Position numbers and translations under genes: made by a program. Below the pieces are notes generated by a model that worked only from the letters and a program-made list of their open reading frames with translations, did not search any database and was not told the DNA's origin. A DNA stretch of 64,000 nt, from positions 94,458 through 158,457 of the forward strand of contig JAYPJF010000001.1 of assembly GCA_038128225.1 (NCBI GenBank). Direction: 5' to 3'. Within the stretch, counting starts at the first letter, position 1. Every line of letters begins with the position of its first letter. Of this stretch, positions 28,799 through 38,011 are shown piece after piece. Origin of the DNA: a bacterium (GTDB lineage Bacteria; Patescibacteriota; Minisyncoccia; Phycocordibacterales; UBA2100).

Positions 28799-29242
28799 TT
28801 ATGCAACACTGCCACCCACCTTCTCAATAGCGGTGCGCGCAGCATCTGATACAAGGCACTGTGCCACAGAGATTTTTTTGTCGATCTTTCCCGCAAGAAG
28901 CTTTACTTGTGGTATGCCTCCACCTTTTTGGCGTACAACACCTCGTTCGATTAGCGCACGAGGTGTCACCGTGTCGCCCGCCTCAAAAAGCGCTGCGATA
29001 GCAGTCAGAGACACTGTTTGTGGTCGTGGCCGCAATTCCCACACCGTACGTGCGCGATTTTTACCATGTCCCCGGCGTTTCGGAAGCTTTTTGATGTAAT
29101 CTCGCATTTCCGGACGAATTCGGTGTCCCGCGCGTGCTTTTTGTCCTTTAGTGCCGCGCCCCGAAGTCTTGCCGCGCTTTCCTCCACGTCCTACCCGTTG
29201 TGAGCGCCGTGTTGTTTTTAAAAGTGTATGAAGTCCTGTCAT
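28799..29242 (-). CDS. rplO: 50S ribosomal protein L15
   Basis: RVGRGGKRGKTSGRGTKGQKAR. Confidence 0.95.
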   Translation of the reverse strand: MTGLHTLLKTTRRSQRVGRGGKRGKTSGRGTKGQKARAGHRIRPEMRDYIKKLPKRRGHGKNRARTVWELRPRPQTVSLTAIAALFEAGDTVTPRALIERGVVRQKGGGIPQVKLLAGKIDKKISVAQCLVSDAARTAIEKVGGSVA

Positions 29243-29820
29243 ATGCGTTTTTCTGAAACCACCTCGAGTGCCTTCATCGCCGCACGGGCATTATTGATTG
29301 GATTGCGGCTTCGAGAAAATAACTTCGCAGTGACATCAGTAACACCGGCAAGTTCGAGTACAGAACGCACCGCGCTTCCTGCCACCAACCCGCGTCCTGG
29401 CGAAGGGCGAATCGCCACCTCTGAAGCACAGTATTTTGCATGCACGTCATACGGCAAACTGCGTGACTTCGTGAGCCGAAGTGTATACATATTCTTCTTT
29501 GCCGCACGTACTGCTTTATCAATCGCCAACGCCGTATCTGCTCCCTTGCCCATTCCGACACCCACGCGCCCTTTCTTGTCACCAATAACTATAGCAACGC
29601 TAAAGTTGAAGCGACGACCGCCAGCCATAACACGCGCGACACGTCGCATACCAATAATTTTCTGAGCAAATTCAGGGCGGCGTTCCGCACGATCACCGCC
29701 TTGGCGGCGCCCACGCCCTCGAAAAGTTCGCTTCTCTGATCGTCCCCCTCGCTCAACAGAGTTTGCCCCTTCTGTTGGCTCAGGTTGTGTGCGTTGTTCT
29801 TGTTCGGTAGTCATGGTCAT
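29239..29820 (-). CDS. rpsE: 30S ribosomal protein S5
   Basis: RVARVMAGGRRFNF, VLELAGV. Confidence 0.96.
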   Translation of the reverse strand: MTMTTEQEQRTQPEPTEGANSVERGGRSEKRTFRGRGRRQGGDRAERRPEFAQKIIGMRRVARVMAGGRRFNFSVAIVIGDKKGRVGVGMGKGADTALAIDKAVRAAKKNMYTLRLTKSRSLPYDVHAKYCASEVAIRPSPGRGLVAGSAVRSVLELAGVTDVTAKLFSRSRNPINNARAAMKALEVVSEKRI

Positions 29821-29823
29821 ATA

Positions 29824-30171
29824 TTAAAAATCCAAACCCGCTGCTCGCGCCGCATCCGCGAACACCTTCACGGAACCGGCGTATAGCGAGCCGCCGCGAT
29901 CGAACACTACTTTAGTAATACCCGCTTTTTTAGCAGCCTCAGCAAGCACGCGAGCAGCATCCTCCGCACGTGCCCGCGGGGTGTCGCCTTTTACTTTGTC
30001 AGAAGAAATCGACACGAGCGTCTTTGCACTACCATCGTCAATGATTTGCGCAATCAAACGGGTATTAGACTTATATACTGAAAGTCGTGGACGCTCTTGC
30101 GTGCCGACCACGCGAGAACGAACTCGACGGCGGCGTGCTTCTTTCTTCTGTTGTTTCGTTATGGTGCTCAT
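29824..30171 (-). CDS. rplR: 50S ribosomal protein L18
   Basis: RPRLSV, AQIIDD, VVFDRGG. Confidence 0.96.
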   Translation of the reverse strand: MSTITKQQKKEARRRRVRSRVVGTQERPRLSVYKSNTRLIAQIIDDGSAKTLVSISSDKVKGDTPRARAEDAARVLAEAAKKAGITKVVFDRGGSLYAGSVKVFADAARAAGLDF

Positions 30172-30174
30172 AGT

Positions 30175-30711
30175 TTACCCGACAGCTTTTTTACCTTGCT
30201 TGCGGTGAATAACTTCTGTCTCATATCGAATACCCTTCCCTTTGTATGGTTCAGGTTTCTTGAGGGCGCGTACGTTCGCCGCAAACTGGCTCACTTGATC
30301 GCGATCAATTCCTGTAATTGTCATAACACCCTTATCGGTCGCTACGGTGACTCCTTTTGGAATCTCAACTTCAACAGGATGCGAAAAACCAAGCGCAAGC
30401 TGCAATTTTGCCCCTGTCACGTTTGCTTTATACCCAACACCTTCGATTAAGAGCTTCACAACAAAAGGCGTGTTGACACCTGCAATCATGTTTTTGATGT
30501 GCGCAGCGTACGTTCCCCACAACGAGCGCGCGAGCCGAGTCTCTCCTTTCGGCTCCAATCGCACCTCACTTCCCTCCACCGAGACGGCGACGTACGGCCG
30601 AAAATGACGTGTCACCTCTCCGCCTTTTCCTTTTACTGTGACCGAGGCACCCGAGACCGTAACACTCGTACCTGCGGGAATTGCAATATGTTGTTTACCA
30701 ATACGACTCAT
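30175..30711 (-). CDS. rplF: 50S ribosomal protein L6
   Basis: MSRIGK, LGFSHP, PEPYKGKGI. Confidence 0.97.
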   Translation of the reverse strand: MSRIGKQHIAIPAGTSVTVSGASVTVKGKGGEVTRHFRPYVAVSVEGSEVRLEPKGETRLARSLWGTYAAHIKNMIAGVNTPFVVKLLIEGVGYKANVTGAKLQLALGFSHPVEVEIPKGVTVATDKGVMTITGIDRDQVSQFAANVRALKKPEPYKGKGIRYETEVIHRKQGKKAVG

Positions 30712-30713
30712 AG

Positions 30714-31106
30714 TTACCAAATTTCAAACATTGCCTCGCCGCCTACGCGTTCCTTCCGTGCCTCATTGTCAGTTTTGATCCCGCGAGGAGTCGAGAGAAA
30801 TAACATGCCATGACCGTAGTGAACCGGTACAATTTCTCGCACCGTGCGATACAAACGACGGCCTGGTTTTGAGATTCGGCGCACGCCTTTAATTTTGTGC
30901 ACTCCGTTTTCATACGCGAGCGTAACGTCAATGAATTTATGGGTCTTCTTGCCTCGCTTTTCTACGCTTTGAATATACCCCACATCTTTAAGTTTTGAAG
31001 CGATCGCGTGCTTAAGATTTGAAAACGGTATCGAAATCACGGTTTTACCAACCGCGCCGGCGTTTTTCATCTGTATGAGAAAGTCTGCAATAGGATCAGT
31101 TACCAT
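30714..31106 (-). CDS. rpsH: 30S ribosomal protein S8
   Basis: DPIAD, RISKPGRR, STPRG, GGE. Confidence 0.96.
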   Translation of the reverse strand: MVTDPIADFLIQMKNAGAVGKTVISIPFSNLKHAIASKLKDVGYIQSVEKRGKKTHKFIDVTLAYENGVHKIKGVRRISKPGRRLYRTVREIVPVHYGHGMLFLSTPRGIKTDNEARKERVGGEAMFEIW

Positions 31107-31110
31107 AGTA

Positions 31111-31296
31111 TTACCAAGAGCTTTTCTTTACACCAGGGATGTTACCTTCAAGCGCCTGTTCACGAAAACAAATGCGGCATAGGTCAAAATCGCGCATATA
31201 CCCACGTGGCCGACCACATTTAAAACAGCGACGAACTACCCGACTTTTAAATTTCGGTGTCCGCTTTGCTTTCGCGATCATTGATTTTTTAGCCAT
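31111..31296 (-). CDS. rpsN: 30S ribosomal protein S14 (zinc-binding type Z)
   Basis: RCFKCGR...LCRICFRE...PGVKKSSW. Confidence 0.96.
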   Translation of the reverse strand: MAKKSMIAKAKRTPKFKSRVVRRCFKCGRPRGYMRDFDLCRICFREQALEGNIPGVKKSSW

Positions 31297-31463
31297 GTGA
31301 TACGCACGCAGGAGTGGTCTGAAGATGTCTGCATCCCGCCTCTCGGCAATAAGATTACGACAACCTCACCGTGACCCTATTCTCACAGTTTGCCGAGGCA
31401 CTTATGAGATACGGATCCCCTTACGAGCTCGAGCACTATACGCGAAGCGCAAAGCAAAGTCAA
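31297..31463 (-). promoter_or_regulatory. Sigma70 promoter and structured leader (about 130 nt) of rpsN
   Basis: TTGACT (31463-31458), 17 nt, TATAGT (31440-31435); nested stems at 31321-31420. Confidence 0.7.
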
Positions 31464-31537
31464 TTACGCTGTTCTTTGGCTTGAATAATCTATCAACGAT
31501 TGTATAGTGCACGCGGATCAAACTAAAGGAGCGCACT

Positions 31538-32299
31538 GTGGCACTTCTCATACGCATAGGTCTTGGGATACTTATTTTTGCCTTCGCGGGAGTTGTGGTT
31601 GACCAGCTGGCAAATGATGGGAGTATCGCCGCTGCAATCCGTCAATGGCTTCTGTGGATAGGACGAGTGATTTGGCAGTGGATTTTGAGCATTATTGGCT
31701 CAATCTACCGTCCTCTTGCCGTATGGCTCCAAGGCGCAATGAAACGATTCGCCCTGAGACGGCTCTTACAGCCGTTTTGGCGAGCGCTTTGGTATGTGGC
31801 AGCCTACGTTCTCGTACGTCATTGGGGCCAACTAAAGTATGCTGAACGACGAGAGAAAGTGGAAGAGCTCAAACGACGCTTTCTTGGAAAACTCTTTGCG
31901 CTTTGGAGCTACAGGCCGGGATTACCGCGATGGACACGTGCACTCATTGCCATTGGGGCAATTGGCGCGTGCGTATGGTTATTCATCATAATCAATGAAC
32001 GCCTGGGATGGTGGGAGGGGCTTCTGTTCTCTTTCGTTGCCGCATTCGTGGTCGAGAAACTGCCCCTCATCGGCTTCGACCAATTCAGTGCAATCATCAT
32101 GGAGCGGTGGCGCCCGATACGCGCGTGGGCGGATTGGTTTGCAGGAAAATACCCGCGCACCGCATGGTGGATCAGCTGGCTCTGGGCGCGCCCATTCTTC
32201 ATCTGGTTAGGGCGCAAACTTGGCCTCAATGAGAAGTTTGAAGTGGACACCGATGGAGACGGAGTGCGTGACGCGCCCGTTAAGAATAAAGCGGCGTGA
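31538..32299 (+). CDS. Trp/Arg-rich membrane protein inserted antisense within the spc cluster
   Basis: SD AAGGAG with GTG start; promoter TTGAAT-16-TATAGT (31481-31508); C-terminal DTDGDG; terminator 32308-32344. Confidence 0.75.
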   Translation: MALLIRIGLGILIFAFAGVVVDQLANDGSIAAAIRQWLLWIGRVIWQWILSIIGSIYRPLAVWLQGAMKRFALRRLLQPFWRALWYVAAYVLVRHWGQLKYAERREKVEELKRRFLGKLFALWSYRPGLPRWTRALIAIGAIGACVWLFIIINERLGWWEGLLFSFVAAFVVEKLPLIGFDQFSAIIMERWRPIRAWADWFAGKYPRTAWWISWLWARPFFIWLGRKLGLNEKFEVDTDGDGVRDAPVKNKAA

Positions 32300-32307
32300 C
32301 GTATCTG

Positions 32308-32344
32308 AAAGCCGCCCCTCACCTCTGAGGGGCGGCGGTTTTTT
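32308..32344. terminator. Terminator between the inserted gene and rplE
   Basis: GCCGCCCCTCA-CCTC-TGAGGGGCGGC-GGTTTTTT. Confidence 0.75.
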
Positions 32345-32353
32345 AGGTAAAAA

Positions 32354-32902
32354 TTATTCGGCTTTTTGGAGAGGAAACCCGAGATGCCGAACAAGTGCTT
32401 CTGCCTCTTCTTTTGTTTTCGCAGTCGTCACTACCGTAATTGCAAACCCAAAAACATCACGAAGGTCTTCGTCAGCGGTCTCAGGAAAAATCGTATGCTC
32501 CTTAATACCAACCGAATAATTTCCCATATCATCAAAGGCGGTCGCCTTGAGGCCGCGGAAGTCACGCGTGCGAGGGAGCGCGATATGAATCAGCTTGTCT
32601 ATGAATGCCCACATCCGAGCGCCACGAAGGGTGATTTGATATCCGATAACATCCCCCTCCCGAGTCTTGAACGTAGCAATAGCTTTTTTTGCCGCGCGCT
32701 CTGCGGGTTTTTGCCCTGTAATCAACGCGAGACGGTCCGCGATGAGTGCACGCTTTTTTTGATCGGTAATCTTTCCAATACCGCTCGAAATGACCACTTT
32801 TACCACCTTTGGTGATTGCATCACGTTTTTATATCCAAACTGAGTTTTCAGTGTCTGGTACACGTTTTTTTGCTTTTCTACTGTGATGTTTTGATGATCC
32901 AT
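32354..32902 (-). CDS. rplE: 50S ribosomal protein L5
   Basis: ITGQKP, TLRG, ALPRTRDFRGL, IFPE. Confidence 0.97.
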   Translation of the reverse strand: MDHQNITVEKQKNVYQTLKTQFGYKNVMQSPKVVKVVISSGIGKITDQKKRALIADRLALITGQKPAERAAKKAIATFKTREGDVIGYQITLRGARMWAFIDKLIHIALPRTRDFRGLKATAFDDMGNYSVGIKEHTIFPETADEDLRDVFGFAITVVTTAKTKEEAEALVRHLGFPLQKAE

Positions 32903-32905
32903 ACT

Positions 32906-33211
32906 TTACATTTTTGAACCGCTTTTTTGTGCAACTCGCTCGCGCCCATCTTTTGAAACACGGTACGCGATACGACTTGGCTTACTGGTTTTTGGGTCAA
33001 CTACCATAACATTCGATACATGGAGAGGCATTGCCCGTTCCACAATCTGCCCTTTGCTTCGTGCTCGACTCGCTCGTTGATGGCGCTTAGCAATATTTAC
33101 CCCCTCGATAACGAGCCGATCTTTTTTTGGAAGTGCGCGCACGACAACACCCGTTTTCCCACGATCTTTTCCTGCGATCACTATCACCTTGTCTCCTTTG
33201 CGAATTTTCAT
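32906..33211 (-). CDS. rplX: 50S ribosomal protein L24
   Basis: IRKGDKVIVIAGKDRGK, HVSNV. Confidence 0.97.
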   Translation of the reverse strand: MKIRKGDKVIVIAGKDRGKTGVVVRALPKKDRLVIEGVNIAKRHQRASRARSKGQIVERAMPLHVSNVMVVDPKTSKPSRIAYRVSKDGRERVAQKSGSKM

Positions 33212-33213
33212 AT

Positions 33214-33594
33214 TTATACAATCTCAGGTGCAAGGGAGCCGATGCGCTGATACCCGCGGTCAACCACTTCACGCGGCACCGGGCCAAAAACACGGTTTGC
33301 GCGCGGCTCTTTTGCGTTCTTTCCCTTCCCTTCGATGACCACTACCGCATTTTCATCAAATGAAATGTACGAGCCGTCTTTGCGACGAAAAGGCTTGCGC
33401 TGACGCACAACAACCGCACGAAGAACGTCTTTCTTCTTAATCGGCTTGCGTGGCTCAGCAACACGTACTGAAATAACTATTTCATCCCCCAAGCGCGCAT
33501 ACCGCCGCTTACTCCCACCAAGAATTTTGAAGACATATCCGATCTTACCACCGGAGTTATCTGCAATTTTTACCATTGTTGTTGGTTGGATCAT
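33214..33594 (-). CDS. rplN: 50S ribosomal protein L14
   Basis: ADNSG, FDENAVV, RVFGPVPRE, SLAPE. Confidence 0.97.
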   Translation of the reverse strand: MIQPTTMVKIADNSGGKIGYVFKILGGSKRRYARLGDEIVISVRVAEPRKPIKKKDVLRAVVVRQRKPFRRKDGSYISFDENAVVVIEGKGKNAKEPRANRVFGPVPREVVDRGYQRIGSLAPEIV

Positions 33595-33597
33595 ACA

Positions 33598-33882
33598 TTA
33601 CTCTTCGGTCTCTGCGGCTGCCCCAGAAAGACGCTCTGCAATCTCGAAATACTTGCGCTTTGATTGTGGGCGCGTGGCGCGAATCAAAACCTGATCACCT
33701 ACTGCCACAGTGTTCCCTGGATTGTGGACCAAGTACTTCTTCTGGGTGCGCATGAACTTTTTGTACTTGGGGTGTTTTACATAGCGCGGCACAGCCACGG
33801 TAACCGTATCTTTCATTGCTGATTTAACAACGACGCCACGAAACTGGGTTCCTTGCTTTACTGTATGTTGCTGGTCTTTCAT
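33598..33882 (-). CDS. rpsQ: 30S ribosomal protein S17
   Basis: GVVV...MKDTVTV...HPKYKK...RPQSKRK. Confidence 0.95.
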   Translation of the reverse strand: MKDQQHTVKQGTQFRGVVVKSAMKDTVTVAVPRYVKHPKYKKFMRTQKKYLVHNPGNTVAVGDQVLIRATRPQSKRKYFEIAERLSGAAAETEE

Positions 33883-33897
33883 AAAACGTGATGCATG

Positions 33898-34101
33898 CTA
33901 CGCGGTTTTTTCCTCTCCTGCAAGCGTGCGGAGTTTCAGCTCAGTAAGCGCCTGGGCAATAACACGACGTGCATTGCGGCCTGCGCGTACGTTCCGTGAA
34001 CGGCTCCCCGCTTCGCCAAATCGAAATACACGCAACTCTTCTCGCTTTTCTTGGATCAGTTTTGCAAGATCGGCGTCCGTTTTTTTCTTAAGATCTTTCA
34101 T
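33898..34101 (-). CDS. rpmC: 50S ribosomal protein L29
   Basis: Position between rplP and rpsQ; ELRVFRF...RRVIAQALT. Confidence 0.9.
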   Translation of the reverse strand: MKDLKKKTDADLAKLIQEKREELRVFRFGEAGSRSRNVRAGRNARRVIAQALTELKLRTLAGEEKTA

Positions 34102-34105
34102 AGAT

Positions 34106-34525
34106 TTAACGGCTTGTGACTTTCACCTTGATTGGGAGTTTTGCCCCAGCCTTTTTCAAAGCATCCTGTGCAGTTTGCTCCTGAACGCCGTCGACTTCAA
34201 AAAGTATGCGGCCCGGACGCACTTCGAATACATAATCCTTAAGATCACCTTTCCCGCTTCCCATTCCCACCTCAGCAGCTTTTGCCGTGCGTGGGCGATC
34301 CGGAAAAATGCGGATCCACATTTTTCCCGTCTTCCCGAGCGAGCGCGCGATCACCTTACGCGCCGCCTCAATTTGGTTTGAGGTGATGCGAGACGCGGTG
34401 ATCGCACGCATCGCATGAGAACCAAAAGCGACGGTCACGCCGCGTGTCTCTGGATGAGATCGTTTTGCGGGGTGACTCCGGCCTGTCTGCCATTTTCGAT
34501 GTTTAGGACGTTTGGGGAATAACAT
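34106..34525 (-). CDS. rplP: 50S ribosomal protein L16
   Basis: QIEAARK, WIRIFPD, MGSGKG. Confidence 0.97.
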   Translation of the reverse strand: MLFPKRPKHRKWQTGRSHPAKRSHPETRGVTVAFGSHAMRAITASRITSNQIEAARKVIARSLGKTGKMWIRIFPDRPRTAKAAEVGMGSGKGDLKDYVFEVRPGRILFEVDGVQEQTAQDALKKAGAKLPIKVKVTSR

Positions 34526-34528
34526 ATG

Positions 34529-35215
34529 CTATTTTGTTGCGGTTGCTTCCGCGCGTTTCTCTTTGAAAATGTCGCCACGATAAATCCACACTTTGATACC
34601 GATGACACCATACGGAAGGTATGCTTCTTCGCGTGCAAAATCGATATCCGCGCGCAATGTCTGCAAAGGCACTCGTCCACGCTTCAGTTCTTCTTGGCGT
34701 GACATTTCTGCGCCACCAAGGCGCCCGGAAATGGCGATACGCACTCCCGAGACGTCTCTGTTTGCCATCACTTTTTCTGCAGTCTGTTTCATAACCCGAC
34801 GAAACGCCATACGTTTTTCAAGACCCTCGGCAATCATATACGCAACAATTGCGGCTTGTGATTCAGGAGAACGAACCTCCTCGATATCAAGCTTAATCGT
34901 CGGGGTGTCCTTGCGGGCGATCTTTTTTACCACATCAAAAATCTCTTGGGTGAGCTGCACACTCCCCTCACCTCCTCGTCCAATCAAAAGACCCGGGCGC
35001 GACGTCTTAACAAGAACACGAATGCTTTTTTCCCGACGTTCAAGTTCAATACTCGTTACATACATGCCCCGCAGCCGTTTCTTAAGGAAATTACGGATCG
35101 TCGTATCGATGCGAACATTATGCCGATACAATGCCGGGGTCGCCGCAAACCAGCGCGATTTCCAGTCACGAATAATTCCTAAACGATGTGCAAATGGGTG
35201 TACGGTGTGTGTCAT
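34529..35215 (-). CDS. rpsC: 30S ribosomal protein S3
   Basis: RPGLLIGRGG, SGRLGGAEM, PLQTLRADID, GIKVWI. Confidence 0.97.
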   Translation of the reverse strand: MTHTVHPFAHRLGIIRDWKSRWFAATPALYRHNVRIDTTIRNFLKKRLRGMYVTSIELERREKSIRVLVKTSRPGLLIGRGGEGSVQLTQEIFDVVKKIARKDTPTIKLDIEEVRSPESQAAIVAYMIAEGLEKRMAFRRVMKQTAEKVMANRDVSGVRIAISGRLGGAEMSRQEELKRGRVPLQTLRADIDFAREEAYLPYGVIGIKVWIYRGDIFKEKRAEATATK

Positions 35216-35216
35216 A

Positions 35217-35636
35217 TTATTTCTTTGCTACCTTCTTTGCCGCGCGCGGTTTTGGTGTTGCTTTTGTTTTCTGTTCTGCGGCAGATTTCTTTGTTTTTTC
35301 TGTTTTCGCTCCCGAATGAGATCCAAGTTCGATACTAATGCAACTTGTTTTCTTCTGATACGGATGTGCGCTTCCGCGTGCGCCTGGCATATAGCGCCGC
35401 ATAACCACACCTTGATCGACAAGGATTTTTTGTACAAAAAGCGAGTCGCGTGCCGCACCTCGCGCTTCTGCGTTATGTACTGCAGAGTTGAGCAACTTCG
35501 CAAGCGCAGGTGCCGACTTTTTGTCCGCGAAGCGCAGAAGCGATAGTGCGCGAGATACTTCTTTGCCGCGAATCATATCCGCAACAAGGCGCACCTTACG
35601 TGGTGATTGACGATAGTTTTTCAAATACGCTTTCAT
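35217..35636 (-). CDS. rplV: 50S ribosomal protein L22 with Lys/Ala-rich C-terminal tail
   Basis: SPRKVRLVADMIRG, SAVHNA. Confidence 0.96.
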   Translation of the reverse strand: MKAYLKNYRQSPRKVRLVADMIRGKEVSRALSLLRFADKKSAPALAKLLNSAVHNAEARGAARDSLFVQKILVDQGVVMRRYMPGARGSAHPYQKKTSCISIELGSHSGAKTEKTKKSAAEQKTKATPKPRAAKKVAKK

Positions 35637-35638
35637 GG

Positions 35639-35986
35639 TTATTTCTTAGCTGCAGCGGTATCGGCAGTCGTCTTTGCTGCTTTTGCTGCGGCAATTTCTG
35701 CCTCTTTTGCCTTAGTCTCAAGTTCTTTCTGCATCTTACCTCCATGGCGCCCGAAACGGGTAGTCGGAGAGAATTCACCTAAACGATGCCCCACCATTTC
35801 TTCGGTCACAAAAACGTCAACAAAATTCTTACCGTTGTGGACACCAAAGGTGTAGCCAACAAACTCCGGTGGAATTTGGCTTCTTCGTGCCCAGGTTTTG
35901 ATAGTGCCCTTACCTGCTTTTGCAGCCAAAACCTTCTTGAGAAGTTTCTCGTCGACGTACGGGCCTTTTTTAAGTGAGCGTGTCAT
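35639..35986 (-). CDS. rpsS: 30S ribosomal protein S19 with Ala/Lys-rich C-terminal tail
   Basis: [24 protein letters not shown]; start set at ATG 35986. Confidence 0.96.
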   Translation of the reverse strand: MTRSLKKGPYVDEKLLKKVLAAKAGKGTIKTWARRSQIPPEFVGYTFGVHNGKNFVDVFVTEEMVGHRLGEFSPTTRFGRHGGKMQKELETKAKEAEIAAAKAAKTTADTAAAKK

Positions 35987-36043
35987 AGCAAAAATGCGCC
36001 AAAGCGCGTGCCGCATAGTATATGAATTTTAAATCGTTGTCAA
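35984..36043 (-). promoter_or_regulatory. Internal promoter and short leader of rpsS (leader identical to the rpsL leader)
   Basis: TTGACA-17-TACTAT (36043-36015); leader CGCGCTTTGGCGCATTTTTGCT-ATG. Confidence 0.75.
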
Positions 36044-36117
36044 AGAGTTCCTTAAAATGTCTGTACGGGTGAAAATTGCGAACTAAACTAAACGGTACAT
36101 ACGAAGACCTCAGAAAT

Positions 36118-36145
36118 TCAAAACCCCGCTTTCGCGGGGTTTTGA
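36118..36145 (-). terminator. Terminator after rplB, splitting the S10 cluster
   Basis: TCAAAACCCCGC-TTTC-GCGGGGTTTTGA. Confidence 0.8.
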
Positions 36146-36147
36146 TC

Positions 36148-36996
36148 TTACTGTTTTTTTCGTTTGCCTACTTTACGACGTGACACAATAAACACGTTGG
36201 AATATTTCTTAGGAGTCCGGGTCTTTTGTCCTTTGCCCGTTGGCTTGCCCCACATTGATTTTGCACGGCGCAACCCACGTCCTTGACGCCCTTCACCACC
36301 ACCATGAGGGTGATCAACCGGGTTCATTACTGAACCACGTACCGTCGGACGAATACCCATCTTCCGTGAACGACCTGCCTTACCAATATTGACCAATCGA
36401 TGTTCCGGATTTGAAACTTCACCAATCGATGCCCAACACGTATCGAGTACTCTGCGCACTTCGCTTGAAGGCATTTTAAGATGCGTGTACCCGTCGTCTT
36501 GCGCAATCACTTCGGCGAAGACTCCAGCTGAGCGTGCTACCTTCGCACCTCCGCGCGGCTTAATTTCAATATTGTACACAAAGGTACCAATCGGAATATT
36601 TTTAAGAAGCGCTCGATTACCAACCACGACAGGTGCGCTTTCGTGCGTCAAAATTTCCGTACCCACAACAACCGATCGCGGAAGCAGCACGTAGCGGCGC
36701 TCGCCATCGCGATAGGCAACAAGTCCAATATATCCTGAACGATTCGGGTCGTATTCGACTGTTTTCACAATTGCAGGCACTCCTGTTTTACCGTAGACGA
36801 AATCAATAGTGCGATACAAACGCTTGACCCCACCCCCTTTGTGTCGCGTTGTAATACGCCCTGCGCTATTGCGCCCAACTGCGCGTTTAAACCCACCTGT
36901 AAGCGCCTTTACCGGGCGCTCGGCTGTCACTACGTGTTCGTATGAAATACGAGACATCTGGCGGCGGCTTTTGGTATATGGACGAAATGTTTTCAT
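36148..36996 (-). CDS. rplB: 50S ribosomal protein L2
   Basis: EYDPNRS, RPTVRGSVMNPVDHPHGGGEG. Confidence 0.98.
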   Translation of the reverse strand: MKTFRPYTKSRRQMSRISYEHVVTAERPVKALTGGFKRAVGRNSAGRITTRHKGGGVKRLYRTIDFVYGKTGVPAIVKTVEYDPNRSGYIGLVAYRDGERRYVLLPRSVVVGTEILTHESAPVVVGNRALLKNIPIGTFVYNIEIKPRGGAKVARSAGVFAEVIAQDDGYTHLKMPSSEVRRVLDTCWASIGEVSNPEHRLVNIGKAGRSRKMGIRPTVRGSVMNPVDHPHGGGEGRQGRGLRRAKSMWGKPTGKGQKTRTPKKYSNVFIVSRRKVGKRKKQ

Positions 36997-36998
36997 AA

Positions 36999-37349
36999 TT
37001 ATGTGAGCGTAATAGTTTCACCCTCTTTAAGATACACGTACGCTTTTTTCGCTCGTGCAGTCGTGCCGCGCACTCCCGTGCGCGCGTTACGGACATCTTT
37101 GGTCGGAACAGGTGTGGTGCGCACTTTAGCAGGTACGACTTTGTAGACTGCCCGTATCGCAGCAACTATTTCAGTTTTTGAAGCGCCACGAGCAACATCG
37201 AAAACATACACGCGTCGCGCCGTTGCATCTGCCGCTTTTTCAGTGATGCGCGGGTTGCGCAAAACCTGGGCAAGATCACGTACCACCGGTTTTGAAACAC
37301 TCGTTGATGCGGTCGTTTTTGCTTTTTTATTACGTGAGAAAAGAGCCAT
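36999..37349 (-). CDS. rplW: 50S ribosomal protein L23
   Basis: PRITEKA, YVFDV, KKAYV. Confidence 0.95.
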   Translation of the reverse strand: MALFSRNKKAKTTASTSVSKPVVRDLAQVLRNPRITEKAADATARRVYVFDVARGASKTEIVAAIRAVYKVVPAKVRTTPVPTKDVRNARTGVRGTTARAKKAYVYLKEGETITLT

Positions 37350-37351
37350 AG

Positions 37352-38008
37352 TTATTTTTCGTTGCGCTTTGCAAGCACGGCAACTGATCGATCGGGGTCA
37401 ATAACGACTATGTGTGCGTACGTAAGTGCGTCAACAGGATTTAGATTCTGCGTAGTCTCCACCACAACGTTTCCCATATTGCGGAAACTCTTTTTGATGA
37501 TCGGGTTTGATTCAGGAATCGAAACCAAAACGGCATTACGCTTCTTTGAAATCTTCACCCCCGCCACCGCAAGTGCGTCAAGTACTCGTTTTGCATCTTT
37601 TGTTTTCGGTGTTTCAAACGGGAGTGCATCCACAAAAATCACTGACCCGTCAGTAAACTTTTTCGAAAGAACGCTGAAAAGTGCCTTGGTACGCATTTTC
37701 CGATTTACTTTTTGCGCATAGTTTTTCTCGCTTAAAGGCCCATGTGTTACACCGCCACCTTTCCAAATCGGAGATCGTATGGAGCCATGGCGAGCGCGCC
37801 CGGTGCCTTTTTGTTTCCATGGTTTTTTACCGCCACCCCGTACTTCACCTCGCCCTTTTGTGTCAGCAACTGGGGTACGTGCGTTTGCTTGCATCGCGCG
37901 CACCACCTGACTTACTAGAGCCTCGTTCCACTTGACGCCAAACACGGCTTCCGGAAGTGTCACCGATCCGTTCTTTTTCCCTTCGTATGTATATACATCT
38001 GCTTTCAT
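37352..38008 (-). CDS. rplD: 50S ribosomal protein L4
   Basis: GGGKKPWKQKGTGRARHGS. Confidence 0.97.
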   Translation of the reverse strand: MKADVYTYEGKKNGSVTLPEAVFGVKWNEALVSQVVRAMQANARTPVADTKGRGEVRGGGKKPWKQKGTGRARHGSIRSPIWKGGGVTHGPLSEKNYAQKVNRKMRTKALFSVLSKKFTDGSVIFVDALPFETPKTKDAKRVLDALAVAGVKISKKRNAVLVSIPESNPIIKKSFRNMGNVVVETTQNLNPVDALTYAHIVVIDPDRSVAVLAKRNEK

Positions 38009-38011
38009 ACT

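Noticed and set aside
34593-35546. 317-aa plus-strand ORF and many similar antisense ORFs over conserved genes
   Set aside because: Antisense shadows of rpsC/rplV and other housekeeping genes, produced by codon bias
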